Source: a virus
IMG/VR virus record: IMGVR_UViG_3300022872_000001
Coordinates: 64,001 to 128,000 of that record
DNA length: 64,000 nucleotides
Direction: 5' to 3' (one strand)
Position 1 is the stretch's first letter, and the number at the start of each line of letters is the position of its first letter. Made by a program: the position numbers and the translations under genes. Under the pieces are notes generated by a model. The model had not been told where the DNA came from. It worked only from the letters and a program-made list of their open reading frames with translations, and made no database searches. Shown here in pieces: positions 37,817 through 47,525 of this stretch.

Positions 37817-39237
37817 GTTATTCTCCAACTCGCGCGTTGTTACTTGTGCGGGATAAGGATCTTCCTGAAGAGAAAACTCAGATGGATCTAATCCATCATA
37901 TAACACAATCCGCAAGCCAAGACTCTGTGTTTAGTAGTCTGTCAGCCATAATAAAGGCACAGAGTAAAAGTAAAAAATCAGATGTTATTGCCAAAACTAT
38001 GTTATCCAACCTCATCAAGGTGCTAATCAAAAATAGTGCCTCCGATGAGGAAGATGATATAAAGGAAGGAATAGTACACCTGGTAAAACACGAGTTAGAA
38101 AAACTTGGTAAAAAAATAATTAAAACAGTGGTTAAAGAGGTGATTAAAAAGGCTTGGCGTATTGTTACCTGGGTTATAGAATTTGCGGTTAAGCTGACCA
38201 CGGAAGTAATACTTCCCATCATAGAAGGCATATTAGCTTTTGTGATAGCGAATCCTATCTTAGCATTAGCCGGTTTGGCATTGGGAGGTTTAGCTTGGTG
38301 GGCGTGGGATAAGTATTTGAAACCTACGATAAACGAACCTTTACCTCCAGGTCAGGTTACTGAAACATTCCTTCCAGGTACACAGACACAGCAACGAGCC
38401 ACCCAAAATGTAATTGGTACCCAGCCTATTGTTCCAACTACACAACCTGCGTATAGTCCTATAAAGATTGCGACGGAAAAATTGAAACCACAGAAAACTA
38501 CTTTTACAGGATTTGGTACAGATATCGACTCCTACATACGTGAGGCTGCCCAAATGTATGCCTTGCCTGAGGATGTTCTGAGAGGTTTCGTCAAGATGGA
38601 GGCAGGCTGGACAGGCGCTATGTCTCCCTCAGGCGCTATCGGTACTGGTCAGTTCATTGTATCTACTTGGAATAGTTTAGCCAAAACGCCGGCAGGTAAA
38701 GCGATCGGTATGGTTTCTATTACTATGGGAACGAACGGTACCTTTAGAACTGCACAGGATCCTCGATATAACATGAGGATCAATACATTGGCTACTGCAT
38801 TGCTGGCACGTTTGAATGCGGATATATTGGTGAAAAACAAATTACCTGTAACTGGTGAAAACCTGTATATGCTGCATAATATTGGACCAGGTATTATCAA
38901 CGTAATGCTAGGTCGTCCTGTTGCAGCTTCCACCATACAAGCCATGGAGCAGAATGGTATGAAGGCCGGTATGAGTCCTCAGGATTTTCTGGCTTATCAG
39001 AAGGCACGGTTCAATGCACAATACCAAATTGCCAATGCCACACCCTCTAATAACACGCAGTTGGCAGACACTTCCACTACCAATACTCCACTAACCGTGC
39101 CTGCACCACCGCCAAAGAAAACTGCGGTGGCTACTGCTCCCTCAAGTGCTCCCTCAGGAACCGTTGCTCAGGTATCTGGAGGAGAGAAGACCTTGGTAAA
39201 AGGCCAGGGGAACACTCTAATAGCTGTGAAAGCCTAA
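37813..39237 (+). CDS. virion-associated lytic transglycosylase
   Basis: EAAQMY...VKMEAGW (catalytic Glu), GAIGTGQF, YMLHNIGPG SLT-like motifs; hydrophobic segment upstream. Confidence 0.75.
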   Translation: MSYSPTRALLLVRDKDLPEEKTQMDLIHHITQSASQDSVFSSLSAIIKAQSKSKKSDVIAKTMLSNLIKVLIKNSASDEEDDIKEGIVHLVKHELEKLGKKIIKTVVKEVIKKAWRIVTWVIEFAVKLTTEVILPIIEGILAFVIANPILALAGLALGGLAWWAWDKYLKPTINEPLPPGQVTETFLPGTQTQQRATQNVIGTQPIVPTTQPAYSPIKIATEKLKPQKTTFTGFGTDIDSYIREAAQMYALPEDVLRGFVKMEAGWTGAMSPSGAIGTGQFIVSTWNSLAKTPAGKAIGMVSITMGTNGTFRTAQDPRYNMRINTLATALLARLNADILVKNKLPVTGENLYMLHNIGPGIINVMLGRPVAASTIQAMEQNGMKAGMSPQDFLAYQKARFNAQYQIANATPSNNTQLADTSTTNTPLTVPAPPPKKTAVATAPSSAPSGTVAQVSGGEKTLVKGQGNTLIAVKA

Positions 39238-39238
39238 T

Positions 39239-39970
39239 ATGCCAGTCCTAAATTCTGATTATTTGGTGCGTATCATACAGACAGAGACCTCAACCGTGGT
39301 TACTGCTCCTATGCCAGAATCTTTCATGTTTGATTCTGCTGCAAGCTACGAAGCACCTTACGCTCAAGGTTTATTTGGTAACGGAGCTTTATCGCAATTA
39401 GCAAAACTTGGAGGCTTGCGATTAACCTCCCAAGCATTGACGGCTCAGGTATGGCAAGGATCAAATGATACTCAACTTAGTGTTGAATTAGAATTCCAGT
39501 CGGAAACAGATCCCTTGACAGAGGTACGCGATCCTATATTGGCTTTATTAAAGCTGGCGACGCCTTCGGTATTGAATGATCTTATTTTGTCACCGGGACC
39601 TCAATTAGACCTGGAGACCTTGAAAGCCGCAGCTAATGATGTGAGTACTACCGCTACGTCACTCCTAAATAACTCTTCAACGACTACCAATAATGGTGCT
39701 AATCAATCTAGTAGCACTACGAGTACATCGAGCACCAGCGCCACATCAAATAATACCTGGCGGAAGAAGATCAAAAATCAGGTAACTATTCAGATTGGTA
39801 ACTATGCCTATTTTGAATCCGTAGTGATTACAAATGTGCAGAAGACATACACCTCCCAGATTGATGTTTTAACTGGATGGCCTCAACACGCCCGGGTATC
39901 GGTTCAGTTTAAGCCTTTATTTATGCTGGTTCAATCTGATCTTGATAACATCTTTAAACATGCGAGGTGA
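39239..39970 (+). CDS. baseplate/tail-tube initiator (gp48-like)
   Basis: Position, plus VITNVQKTY...ARVSVQF tube-like beta pattern. Confidence 0.5.
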   Translation: MPVLNSDYLVRIIQTETSTVVTAPMPESFMFDSAASYEAPYAQGLFGNGALSQLAKLGGLRLTSQALTAQVWQGSNDTQLSVELEFQSETDPLTEVRDPILALLKLATPSVLNDLILSPGPQLDLETLKAAANDVSTTATSLLNNSSTTTNNGANQSSSTTSTSSTSATSNNTWRKKIKNQVTIQIGNYAYFESVVITNVQKTYTSQIDVLTGWPQHARVSVQFKPLFMLVQSDLDNIFKHAR

Positions 39971-39973
39971 TTC

Positions 39974-40309
39974 ATGTCTACCGATTACGATTACTCCAAA
40001 TACACACCGTTGGATAGCACAGGTATTGACTATGATGTTTTTAAGTCTGCCTATAAGAATATCCGATTTGCCTTGCCTACCGCACAGAAACATTCCGTTA
40101 CCGATGCCGATATGGCTAATCTCCCAGGTATTAGTTACCTGTATTATGGGGATGTTTCATTGTGGCGTATCATTCTGTACTTCAATGGTTTGACAGATGC
40201 TTTGCAGGATGTTTATCCAGGTATGACGCTTAATATTGCCGCTAAGTCCGATATCATTAACTACGTATCTAAGCAGCAAAATAATAGCCCAATGAATATT
40301 ATTATTTAA
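39974..40309 (+). CDS. LysM-like baseplate wedge protein (gp53/tail X-like)
   Basis: LPGISYLYYGDVSLWRIILYFNGL...PGMTLNI. Confidence 0.7.
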   Translation: MSTDYDYSKYTPLDSTGIDYDVFKSAYKNIRFALPTAQKHSVTDADMANLPGISYLYYGDVSLWRIILYFNGLTDALQDVYPGMTLNIAAKSDIINYVSKQQNNSPMNIII

Positions 40310-40320
40310 TAGGCGCAGTG

Positions 40321-41442
40321 ATGTCATACATTATACAAAACAAGATTGAGATTTCGATCTTCATCGACGGCAATGAGTATCCATTATCCACAATTAACTC
40401 CCTGAACTTTTTACATATGGGAGCTAGTGCTGCGATGGATTTTCCAACCTGCTGTTTCCAGATTGTAGATCAATCCCGTACCATAGACAGTATGGGATTA
40501 CAGGATGGTATACCCTTAAGAATTGTCGTTAGGTCAGGTCAGTCGAACTCACAGACATTTAATTTCCGTAAATTCAATCACCTTAAAGACTCCAGCGGCC
40601 CTTTCGCAGTTTATACCATCGATGGCTACTACGATTCTCCTTTATGGTTCACCGGGACAACCAATCAGAATATTCGGAGTACCTCGGGTGGGATTCTGTC
40701 TACGATTGCTAGCCAATGCGGATTAAATTACGACGGAGTGGACACAAATGATTCCCAATTGTGGACACCTCAAAATAAGAAGTGGAGGCAGTTCGCAAAA
40801 GAAACAACCATGAATGCCTACGTGGACGATACTTCTTGCATGTGTTCTGCTCTTGACTTCAGTGGCACCTTGCGTTTCAAGGATATAAATAATCTCCCTG
40901 ACGCTACACAAAAGATTATTGCTTATCAATATTCCACAGATGCAATAACAGCCGTAGCTTTTCAGAATAAGGCAGGTTCAGGTTTCAATAATTCCGTTAC
41001 TGGGTATTCGAACACCCGTGTTAGTCAGTCCATAACGGCCGATCAAACCTACACCACGATTAATCAATTGCAATTCGAATCTGACTCTCGCGCACCCTTA
41101 TACAATACTGCGGTTCGGGATAAAGCTAAGAATGGCCCTGTTAGATTCTCACCAATCGATGTAGGTAATAATCATCCTAATTATGAAAGAGCCTCTTATC
41201 AGAATAATCGATATAGGAATCTGTTTTCAATGGGATTGGAAATCCTAATCCCTCAACAAACGCAGTTCCAATTATTTGATAAGATTAATTTCTCTGTTCA
41301 GAAAGAGGATACCTCTCAAGATACCTCGGCCTCCGGTGAGTACACTATATCAGGTCGAGCTATCTATGTACAAGGTTCCAATTATGCGGAGAAGCTCCAA
41401 GTGATTCGTCATGGAACAAATGAAACTTATGTGGAGGGCTAG
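40321..41442 (+). CDS. baseplate hub protein (gp27/late-control-D-like)
   Basis: Lies before the spike; SGEYTISG near the C-terminus. Confidence 0.55.
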   Translation: MSYIIQNKIEISIFIDGNEYPLSTINSLNFLHMGASAAMDFPTCCFQIVDQSRTIDSMGLQDGIPLRIVVRSGQSNSQTFNFRKFNHLKDSSGPFAVYTIDGYYDSPLWFTGTTNQNIRSTSGGILSTIASQCGLNYDGVDTNDSQLWTPQNKKWRQFAKETTMNAYVDDTSCMCSALDFSGTLRFKDINNLPDATQKIIAYQYSTDAITAVAFQNKAGSGFNNSVTGYSNTRVSQSITADQTYTTINQLQFESDSRAPLYNTAVRDKAKNGPVRFSPIDVGNNHPNYERASYQNNRYRNLFSMGLEILIPQQTQFQLFDKINFSVQKEDTSQDTSASGEYTISGRAIYVQGSNYAEKLQVIRHGTNETYVEG

Positions 41443-42057
41443 ATGAGCCTACAAAGTGCTAACGATAAGATGAGCGAGGCTATTGATGATAGCCAAGAGA
41501 AGAATTATATCCTAGGTACTGTGACCGAAAATGCAGATCCTTTAGGTATAAATCGCATCCAGGTATCTGCACCCGGCCTCTTTGATCCTTCCCAAGGTGA
41601 GCAGCCCTGGATTGCTCCTCATCCATATTCTCCTTTTGGACAAGGTCCTAACTATGGAGTGTACGGCACCCCTGCAAAGGGATCTATCGTTAAGGTTAGG
41701 TTACAAGATAACGATGTAAACCAGGCTAACTACGAAGCTTCCGCCTATTTAGCTGCGAATGCTAATCCTATATTTGCTTCACCTTCCATATACGGCTATC
41801 AGGATCCTAAAGGTAATAAGTTAGTGGTGAACCTAGAAACCGGTGACTGGACCTGGACGCATAACTCAGGATATATTCTGGCCTATAGTTCGTCAGGTGT
41901 AACTGTTACAGCTCCTTCCAATGTAACGGAAAACATAACTGGAAATCTCCAGTTCAACGTTACGGGAAACGTAGATATAAACTCCACAGGAGGTAATGTA
42001 AATGTTGCTGCCACAGGTGCGGTGGTTATTACAGGTACAACCATTAGTTTGAATTGA
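41443..42057 (+). CDS. baseplate central spike (gp5/VgrG/gpV OB-fold + beta-helix)
   Basis: GTVTENADPLGINRIQV...P..GSIVKV; V/N/T/G-rich beta-helix C-terminus. Confidence 0.8.
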   Translation: MSLQSANDKMSEAIDDSQEKNYILGTVTENADPLGINRIQVSAPGLFDPSQGEQPWIAPHPYSPFGQGPNYGVYGTPAKGSIVKVRLQDNDVNQANYEASAYLAANANPIFASPSIYGYQDPKGNKLVVNLETGDWTWTHNSGYILAYSSSGVTVTAPSNVTENITGNLQFNVTGNVDINSTGGNVNVAATGAVVITGTTISLN

Positions 42058-42064
42058 GGTTACT

Positions 42065-42364
42065 ATGTCTGGTATTGGCGGAATAGGATCTATGGGAATC
42101 GGCACATGCCCGTGCCATAAGACTCCACAGAATTACATAACCACCTTAATTACAGGAGCACCTACTGTCCTTGTTAATGGTACAGGCGCAGGTCAGGTAG
42201 GTTCCATAGGGGTATCGTCCTGCGGGCACCCTACGGTAGCTATCACAGGGTCGTCCACAGTTTTTGCAGATGGAGAACCTGTACATAGGGTGGGCGATAC
42301 GGGAGTCAATTGCGGACAATACGTATTAATCGAAGGTAGTCCTAACGTAACGAATTCATTGTGA
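42065..42364 (+). CDS. PAAR-like spike tip protein
   Basis: CPCH...CGH...GSSTVFADGEPVHRVGD..NCG; follows the spike. Confidence 0.85.
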   Translation: MSGIGGIGSMGIGTCPCHKTPQNYITTLITGAPTVLVNGTGAGQVGSIGVSSCGHPTVAITGSSTVFADGEPVHRVGDTGVNCGQYVLIEGSPNVTNSL

Positions 42365-42371
42365 GTATTAA

Positions 42372-43004
42372 ATGGTAAATGCAAATTCAGTAATTCCTAT
42401 ATGGCTCAATACTTTCAATCCAGCCTTCTACACAGCCATAACGAATCAGGAGGACTGGTCATATACCAATGTAGGTGTAAGCGCGTGGCAACCTTTATTC
42501 CAGCAACTTGCCAATGCTTTAAGTGCCTACAAAACCTTTGATCGCTCGGCTGAGGTACAAAATTTTATGTTTAATGCATACAGCTATGTTGCATTAGACG
42601 TCCAGTTTGGAACAGGTAGTTCCTTACTCCCTTCATTTAACGCGACCAGTGTATATAGCCTTGCAGGATTTATGGCTGCATCTATCTCACGTCCAGTAAA
42701 TTACTACAACGATCTGGTTTTTCCAATTCCACCAGATACTGCCTATACCTCTGCCCTTATGGCCGCAGACGTAGCCACGGTGACGGCGGCACCTGCTTCG
42801 GAGACAGCAAATATAACAGCCTTGGTCGATGACGCACACTCTACCGTTCAATCGTGGACTAATGCAGGATTATGGGACGCACCTGTATCTACAGGGGTTC
42901 CTGTAACCAGACCTTACATGAAAAATGAATTCTTTATTACGCTAAACTGGAAGTTTGCAATCGAAGCTTTAGGCATCGGTTATCCAATTCCTCCAGGAGT
43001 TTAG
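42372..43004 (+). CDS. hypothetical baseplate-region protein
   Basis: 210 aa between PAAR and the gp25-like gene. Confidence 0.65.
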   Translation: MVNANSVIPIWLNTFNPAFYTAITNQEDWSYTNVGVSAWQPLFQQLANALSAYKTFDRSAEVQNFMFNAYSYVALDVQFGTGSSLLPSFNATSVYSLAGFMAASISRPVNYYNDLVFPIPPDTAYTSALMAADVATVTAAPASETANITALVDDAHSTVQSWTNAGLWDAPVSTGVPVTRPYMKNEFFITLNWKFAIEALGIGYPIPPGV

Positions 43005-43013
43005 GAGACATAA

Positions 43014-43436
43014 ATGGCAGCAGCAACCGCGTACCAAATATCTACAGCAGGAGCTACCTGGATTGACGTGAACACTGACGTTACTCAAAATACGTTACCT
43101 GATCGTTTACCTGATACATTGGCGATCACTCGGTGCTCCTTGATTAATCTTTTCAATTGCCCCATAGGTTCGCGTGGCCGAATATTCCAGCCTACGTATG
43201 GTTCAATGTGGTACCAATTCCTACAAGAACCTATTGATGATATAACAGCCGGGAACATGCGTATTGCCATGATTCAAGCAATATCGAAATGGGAGCCACG
43301 CATTACCTTGGATTATTCAAATACCTCCATTACGCCGGATTTAACGATTCCAGGTTACGTGGTTAAAATATCGGGCACCGATTCCACATCAGGTGACGTT
43401 GTATCTATGCAGTTCACACAAGACCTCTCCTCGTAA
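43014..43436 (+). CDS. baseplate wedge protein gp25-like
   Basis: GSRGRIFQPTYGS...FLQEPID...AISKWEPRI. Confidence 0.85.
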   Translation: MAAATAYQISTAGATWIDVNTDVTQNTLPDRLPDTLAITRCSLINLFNCPIGSRGRIFQPTYGSMWYQFLQEPIDDITAGNMRIAMIQAISKWEPRITLDYSNTSITPDLTIPGYVVKISGTDSTSGDVVSMQFTQDLSS

Positions 43437-43444
43437 GGATTATT

Positions 43445-45193
43445 ATGGCAGATGAAATTCTAACTCTTTCGGATGTGACCGCAGACTTCTCGCAGTTCGT
43501 CACGCAGATGGAGAATGCACTTAACACCACAGGTACATGGAAAGGTAATCTTACTACTCAGACTTCGCAAGCTATCATTGAATTGGTCTCTACGGTAGGT
43601 ACTTTTGCACAAGGTAAGATTCTTCGTGTGTACGAAAATGCTTTCGCAGAGACTGCACAATCTGATTCAGCTATCCTTGCCAATACGCAGATGCAAGGTA
43701 TTCGGATGGCGCGTAAATTACCTGCAGGTATTACAGCTTCTATCCTGTCTACCTTGAATGTTACGGTTCCGCCTTTAACTCAGTTCCTTGTAGCTTCAAC
43801 CTACTACTTCACTCGTGAACAAATTACTCTGAGTGCTAATGTAGCTCAGAACATCACCTTGTTCCAGGGACAAATGACGGTAATCAGTACCTCAGGTTTA
43901 GGTACTGATTCACAAACCTTTGAATCCCAAGAAGATACCTTTACTGTAAGCGACCAGGACGTACAGGTATCCCTAAATGGTACAGTTCTGCCTAAGGCGC
44001 TAGGGGACCTTTGGAACTTCCGTGGAAAATCAGGCTATTCTGATCTGACGACAGCGGATGGTCGTTTGCTTTTAGTATTTGGTTCTACCGTATTCGGTAC
44101 CATACCAGGTGTCAATGACACGGTACAAATTAGTTATCCAGTTACCATAGGTGAAGCATCGAATAACCAAACGTTACTGGGTAAACCTATTTCTGTATCA
44201 GGTTACAGCACTATTTCAGGAACGGTCACATCCAATCCCTCGGGAGGAGGTGATGAAAAGCCAGTATTGGCTTATAAGAATTTGTCGTCTGGTGCGTTTG
44301 GCACCTACCTATCCGCAGTTACCCCTTCTCAATACAAGACTCTAGTTGGTGTCTACCCCGGTATTATTGATGCGTGCACTCAGGCACAACGCGAAATTAA
44401 TCCGGCTGCCGTAGAATGGATGAACATTATCCGGGTATCTGGTTTAACTGCGACACCTTGGACACAGCAGCAGAAGTTGGATTTTTGTGTCTACATGCAA
44501 ACAGTAACAATGTACTCTGGACGTTTCATCTGGACAGATGCGATTGCCATACCTCGGGACGTTTCCATTAATGTGTATTGCTTTAATACAGCAACCCTTT
44601 CAGAAGTGGAGTCCTTGGTAGAAGCCGAAATCACCGCAATGTTCGCACCTCAGCAGGGAATCCTGCAAACTAATTTCTACGAGTCTGATCTGATCGAAGC
44701 CGCGCGTATAGCAAGTAACGGTGCCATGTCTTATGCCATTGTTATCGCACCTACTTATCCCATGATCGTCACTGCACCTGAATCTCCCGTACCTACCTAC
44801 ACCTTGATTCCAGGGGGAGGTGTTCTTGGTGAGTATCAGTATGCATACGGCATATCTACAGTAAATACCGCAGGAGAAGAGGGACCTCCCGTTAATTGGG
44901 TAACTCCTCAGGTGGTTAGCACAACCAACTCCTACGCGATTCAAATCACCTGGCCAGAGGTAGATGGAACAGCTACGTATCATATATGGGGGCGCAAACC
45001 AGGCGCTATCGGTTTGCTGGCTTCCGTTGTAGCAGGTAGTCCTTTGACTTTTACAGATGATGGTTCGATTACTCCTACCGGTACTCCTCCCAATCTGTTG
45101 TCTGAGGTACCTATCCGATACAATTCGTTGAATTCTTTAACCGTTACTGCCTACTTCTCAGAACGCCAACAGCGCATTTCTACTTCTTCCTAA
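43445..45193 (+). CDS. baseplate wedge protein (gp6/baseplate J-like)
   Basis: ENAFAETAQSDSAI, FGSTVFGTIP, PSGGGDE...AVTPSQYK. Confidence 0.8.
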   Translation: MADEILTLSDVTADFSQFVTQMENALNTTGTWKGNLTTQTSQAIIELVSTVGTFAQGKILRVYENAFAETAQSDSAILANTQMQGIRMARKLPAGITASILSTLNVTVPPLTQFLVASTYYFTREQITLSANVAQNITLFQGQMTVISTSGLGTDSQTFESQEDTFTVSDQDVQVSLNGTVLPKALGDLWNFRGKSGYSDLTTADGRLLLVFGSTVFGTIPGVNDTVQISYPVTIGEASNNQTLLGKPISVSGYSTISGTVTSNPSGGGDEKPVLAYKNLSSGAFGTYLSAVTPSQYKTLVGVYPGIIDACTQAQREINPAAVEWMNIIRVSGLTATPWTQQQKLDFCVYMQTVTMYSGRFIWTDAIAIPRDVSINVYCFNTATLSEVESLVEAEITAMFAPQQGILQTNFYESDLIEAARIASNGAMSYAIVIAPTYPMIVTAPESPVPTYTLIPGGGVLGEYQYAYGISTVNTAGEEGPPVNWVTPQVVSTTNSYAIQITWPEVDGTATYHIWGRKPGAIGLLASVVAGSPLTFTDDGSITPTGTPPNLLSEVPIRYNSLNSLTVTAYFSERQQRISTSS

Positions 45194-45207
45194 TATGGAG
45201 CACTACA

Positions 45208-46401
45208 ATGGCTGATGCTTACATCGAGCAGGTACGCTTAGGATATAAGGTCCCTCGTTCTGTTCTCTTGCCCCCATATATGTCTCAAAATCCATATTTT
45301 ATGGATTTGATGAACTCTATAGATACGGTATTTTCGACACAAGTGGATGCTAAGATCGATATCTTAGCCAACATACGTAATATGTGGGTTTCAAGTCCTG
45401 CGGTAGAGCAGATTATTGTAAACCAGGAATTGATTCCCTTCTCAGCTTGGCCTCAACCTGAACGCGCCATCTTATCCAAACAGACAAATCTTTTAGGTAT
45501 GAACTTCCAAAATGCGGGAGTTCTTTCTAATGATGCGTATCAACAGGTTAGCCGTAATGTAGGCTGCTATTGGTTTCAAAAGGGCACTCAGGCTTTCATT
45601 GAGTTTATCAATTATTGCCTAGGTACCAACCTTGTTGTCGTTAGTTTATGGACGGAGGATTACGTTACCTTCGTGCCGGAGGCTGACGCAGGAACGCCTA
45701 TATGGGAAGGTGGACCGTGGTACCCTACCACACATGTGCAGATACAAAGCTTCGGAGGTTTCCAGGGATTGGATTTGGTAACGTTGAATTCATTCTTTTA
45801 TGAGATTGCAAATTATAATCTCGTACTCTACTCCATTGATGCTGCATTTGATATGTACGTAGTAGATGTTATCGAACCTAACCACACTACATTGGACGTG
45901 GTTGCCATAGGTTTGTATGGGATCAATTCCTTGGTAATGAGCACAGAGTTTAGATATGGGGCTAATGCGCCTCCCTTCCAAAGCATTTCTCCTGCTATAC
46001 CAACGCAATACAGTGCAATAGGTGCACCTGTAGACTTTAGTGATGCCTATTTATTGGCTGATCCCTCATCCTTCATTTCAGATGAATCAGGAAATAAATA
46101 CGCAGTTTATAGCGTTGCAGACCAGGCGATAACGGTAAGTGATTCATTACCCACCCAACTAATGGGACCTGCATCTGATACCGGAAACTATACGGTTCTT
46201 TATGGTCCTGTCGAATGGGTGGGAATACCAGGGTCATCGAGGTCAGCAGCTCGTATTCCTGTTTATTCAACAGGTACCCCTACCGTGACCTCTGTAGACA
46301 CGATAAGCACACGAATGATAGGACACACAAGGTCAAATATTTTGGTTAATCCCAAAGGTTTTGCAGAAATATCCCCTGGTAAATTTACTCCCTATTGGTA
46401 G
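45208..46401 (+). CDS. baseplate wedge protein (gp7/gpI-like)
   Basis: Follows the gp6-like gene; WFQKGTQAFIEF. Confidence 0.55.
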   Translation: MADAYIEQVRLGYKVPRSVLLPPYMSQNPYFMDLMNSIDTVFSTQVDAKIDILANIRNMWVSSPAVEQIIVNQELIPFSAWPQPERAILSKQTNLLGMNFQNAGVLSNDAYQQVSRNVGCYWFQKGTQAFIEFINYCLGTNLVVVSLWTEDYVTFVPEADAGTPIWEGGPWYPTTHVQIQSFGGFQGLDLVTLNSFFYEIANYNLVLYSIDAAFDMYVVDVIEPNHTTLDVVAIGLYGINSLVMSTEFRYGANAPPFQSISPAIPTQYSAIGAPVDFSDAYLLADPSSFISDESGNKYAVYSVADQAITVSDSLPTQLMGPASDTGNYTVLYGPVEWVGIPGSSRSAARIPVYSTGTPTVTSVDTISTRMIGHTRSNILVNPKGFAEISPGKFTPYW

Positions 46402-46409
46402 GAATAATA

Positions 46410-47510
46410 ATGACAGCAAATATCAATCCTCTTAAGTATGATGCAACCTCGAACACTCACATGCCATTGGCTACGGGAGATACCATTCTTCCTGCGGTAG
46501 TCCCCTTATCTGCACGGGATAGCAACCAGATCAAAATACTAACGGATGGTTTGTACGTAGGTCCTATACCTGCGTTACCTATCTATTACGTAGCCAATGA
46601 AGGCTCGGATATAACTACCAATGGTAGTGAAACATCTCCCATGAAAACATTGGATTACGCACTCCAACAAATTGTCGCTCAGTCCTTGCATGGGGATAGG
46701 ATAGAAGGTGTAGTTACCATTGCATTGAAGGCTGGTGAAACCTTTGCTCTGAATAACAGCTATACCGTGGCTGGCAAATTGCGCATCGCATTCTACGGTG
46801 ACACGAATTATGGGGATTTTAATAGCACTATCGTAGGTACAGGTGCCTACCCCTATAACATGATCGATCTGGCACGTCCGGTAATTTCCAATGTGGTCAC
46901 AACCTCTGTGCCTGAAGGCGCTACGGGATTACGTCTGGTTGATACTGGTACGGTAATCCTGACAGGTATTAAGATTAATTTCCCTGCGGCTCCTATACCG
47001 AATCCTCAGTTGACCGCATACGGCAATTTATGCGATTTTGTCACAGCCACTCCTTATAGCAAAGCCACATTAATCTTGGAAGGCATGATTGCCAACATGA
47101 CGGATGTCGCCGCAGTATACGGTTTAGCAGGTGTGCATGCTCGCGCATCGCTGAATTTAATGCAATACGCATCACAGTTCCAAGTGCTTGGGATCATTGC
47201 CAACGCATCTGCTCCTGTGGCTAACTTACCACCTCGTCCTTACATGCTCAAGATGTATGGTGATTATCCAGGGGCTAATCAGCAAGCAGGCGCCCTGTCA
47301 CCTACGACAGCTAATAGCTCTTCAGGTTCTGGTTTGATGTATCTGAATTGGACAGAGACACAGGCACAGTATGTAACATCAACCGCTACGAATCAGGCAT
47401 CGTACCCTATCAATTTTGATGTGAACTACGGTTTACGGAACTACATCACTAATATTATTCGGGATATGCAAAGCCGCCCTCTCAACGTTATTGCTTCGAT
47501 GCTGTTTTAA
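46410..47510 (+). CDS. baseplate/fibre-associated structural protein
   Basis: Beta-rich; YYVANEGSD...PMKTLDYALQ; start at ATG 46410. Confidence 0.55.
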   Translation: MTANINPLKYDATSNTHMPLATGDTILPAVVPLSARDSNQIKILTDGLYVGPIPALPIYYVANEGSDITTNGSETSPMKTLDYALQQIVAQSLHGDRIEGVVTIALKAGETFALNNSYTVAGKLRIAFYGDTNYGDFNSTIVGTGAYPYNMIDLARPVISNVVTTSVPEGATGLRLVDTGTVILTGIKINFPAAPIPNPQLTAYGNLCDFVTATPYSKATLILEGMIANMTDVAAVYGLAGVHARASLNLMQYASQFQVLGIIANASAPVANLPPRPYMLKMYGDYPGANQQAGALSPTTANSSSGSGLMYLNWTETQAQYVTSTATNQASYPINFDVNYGLRNYITNIIRDMQSRPLNVIASMLF

Positions 47511-47525
47511 TTAAAAGGATTATTC

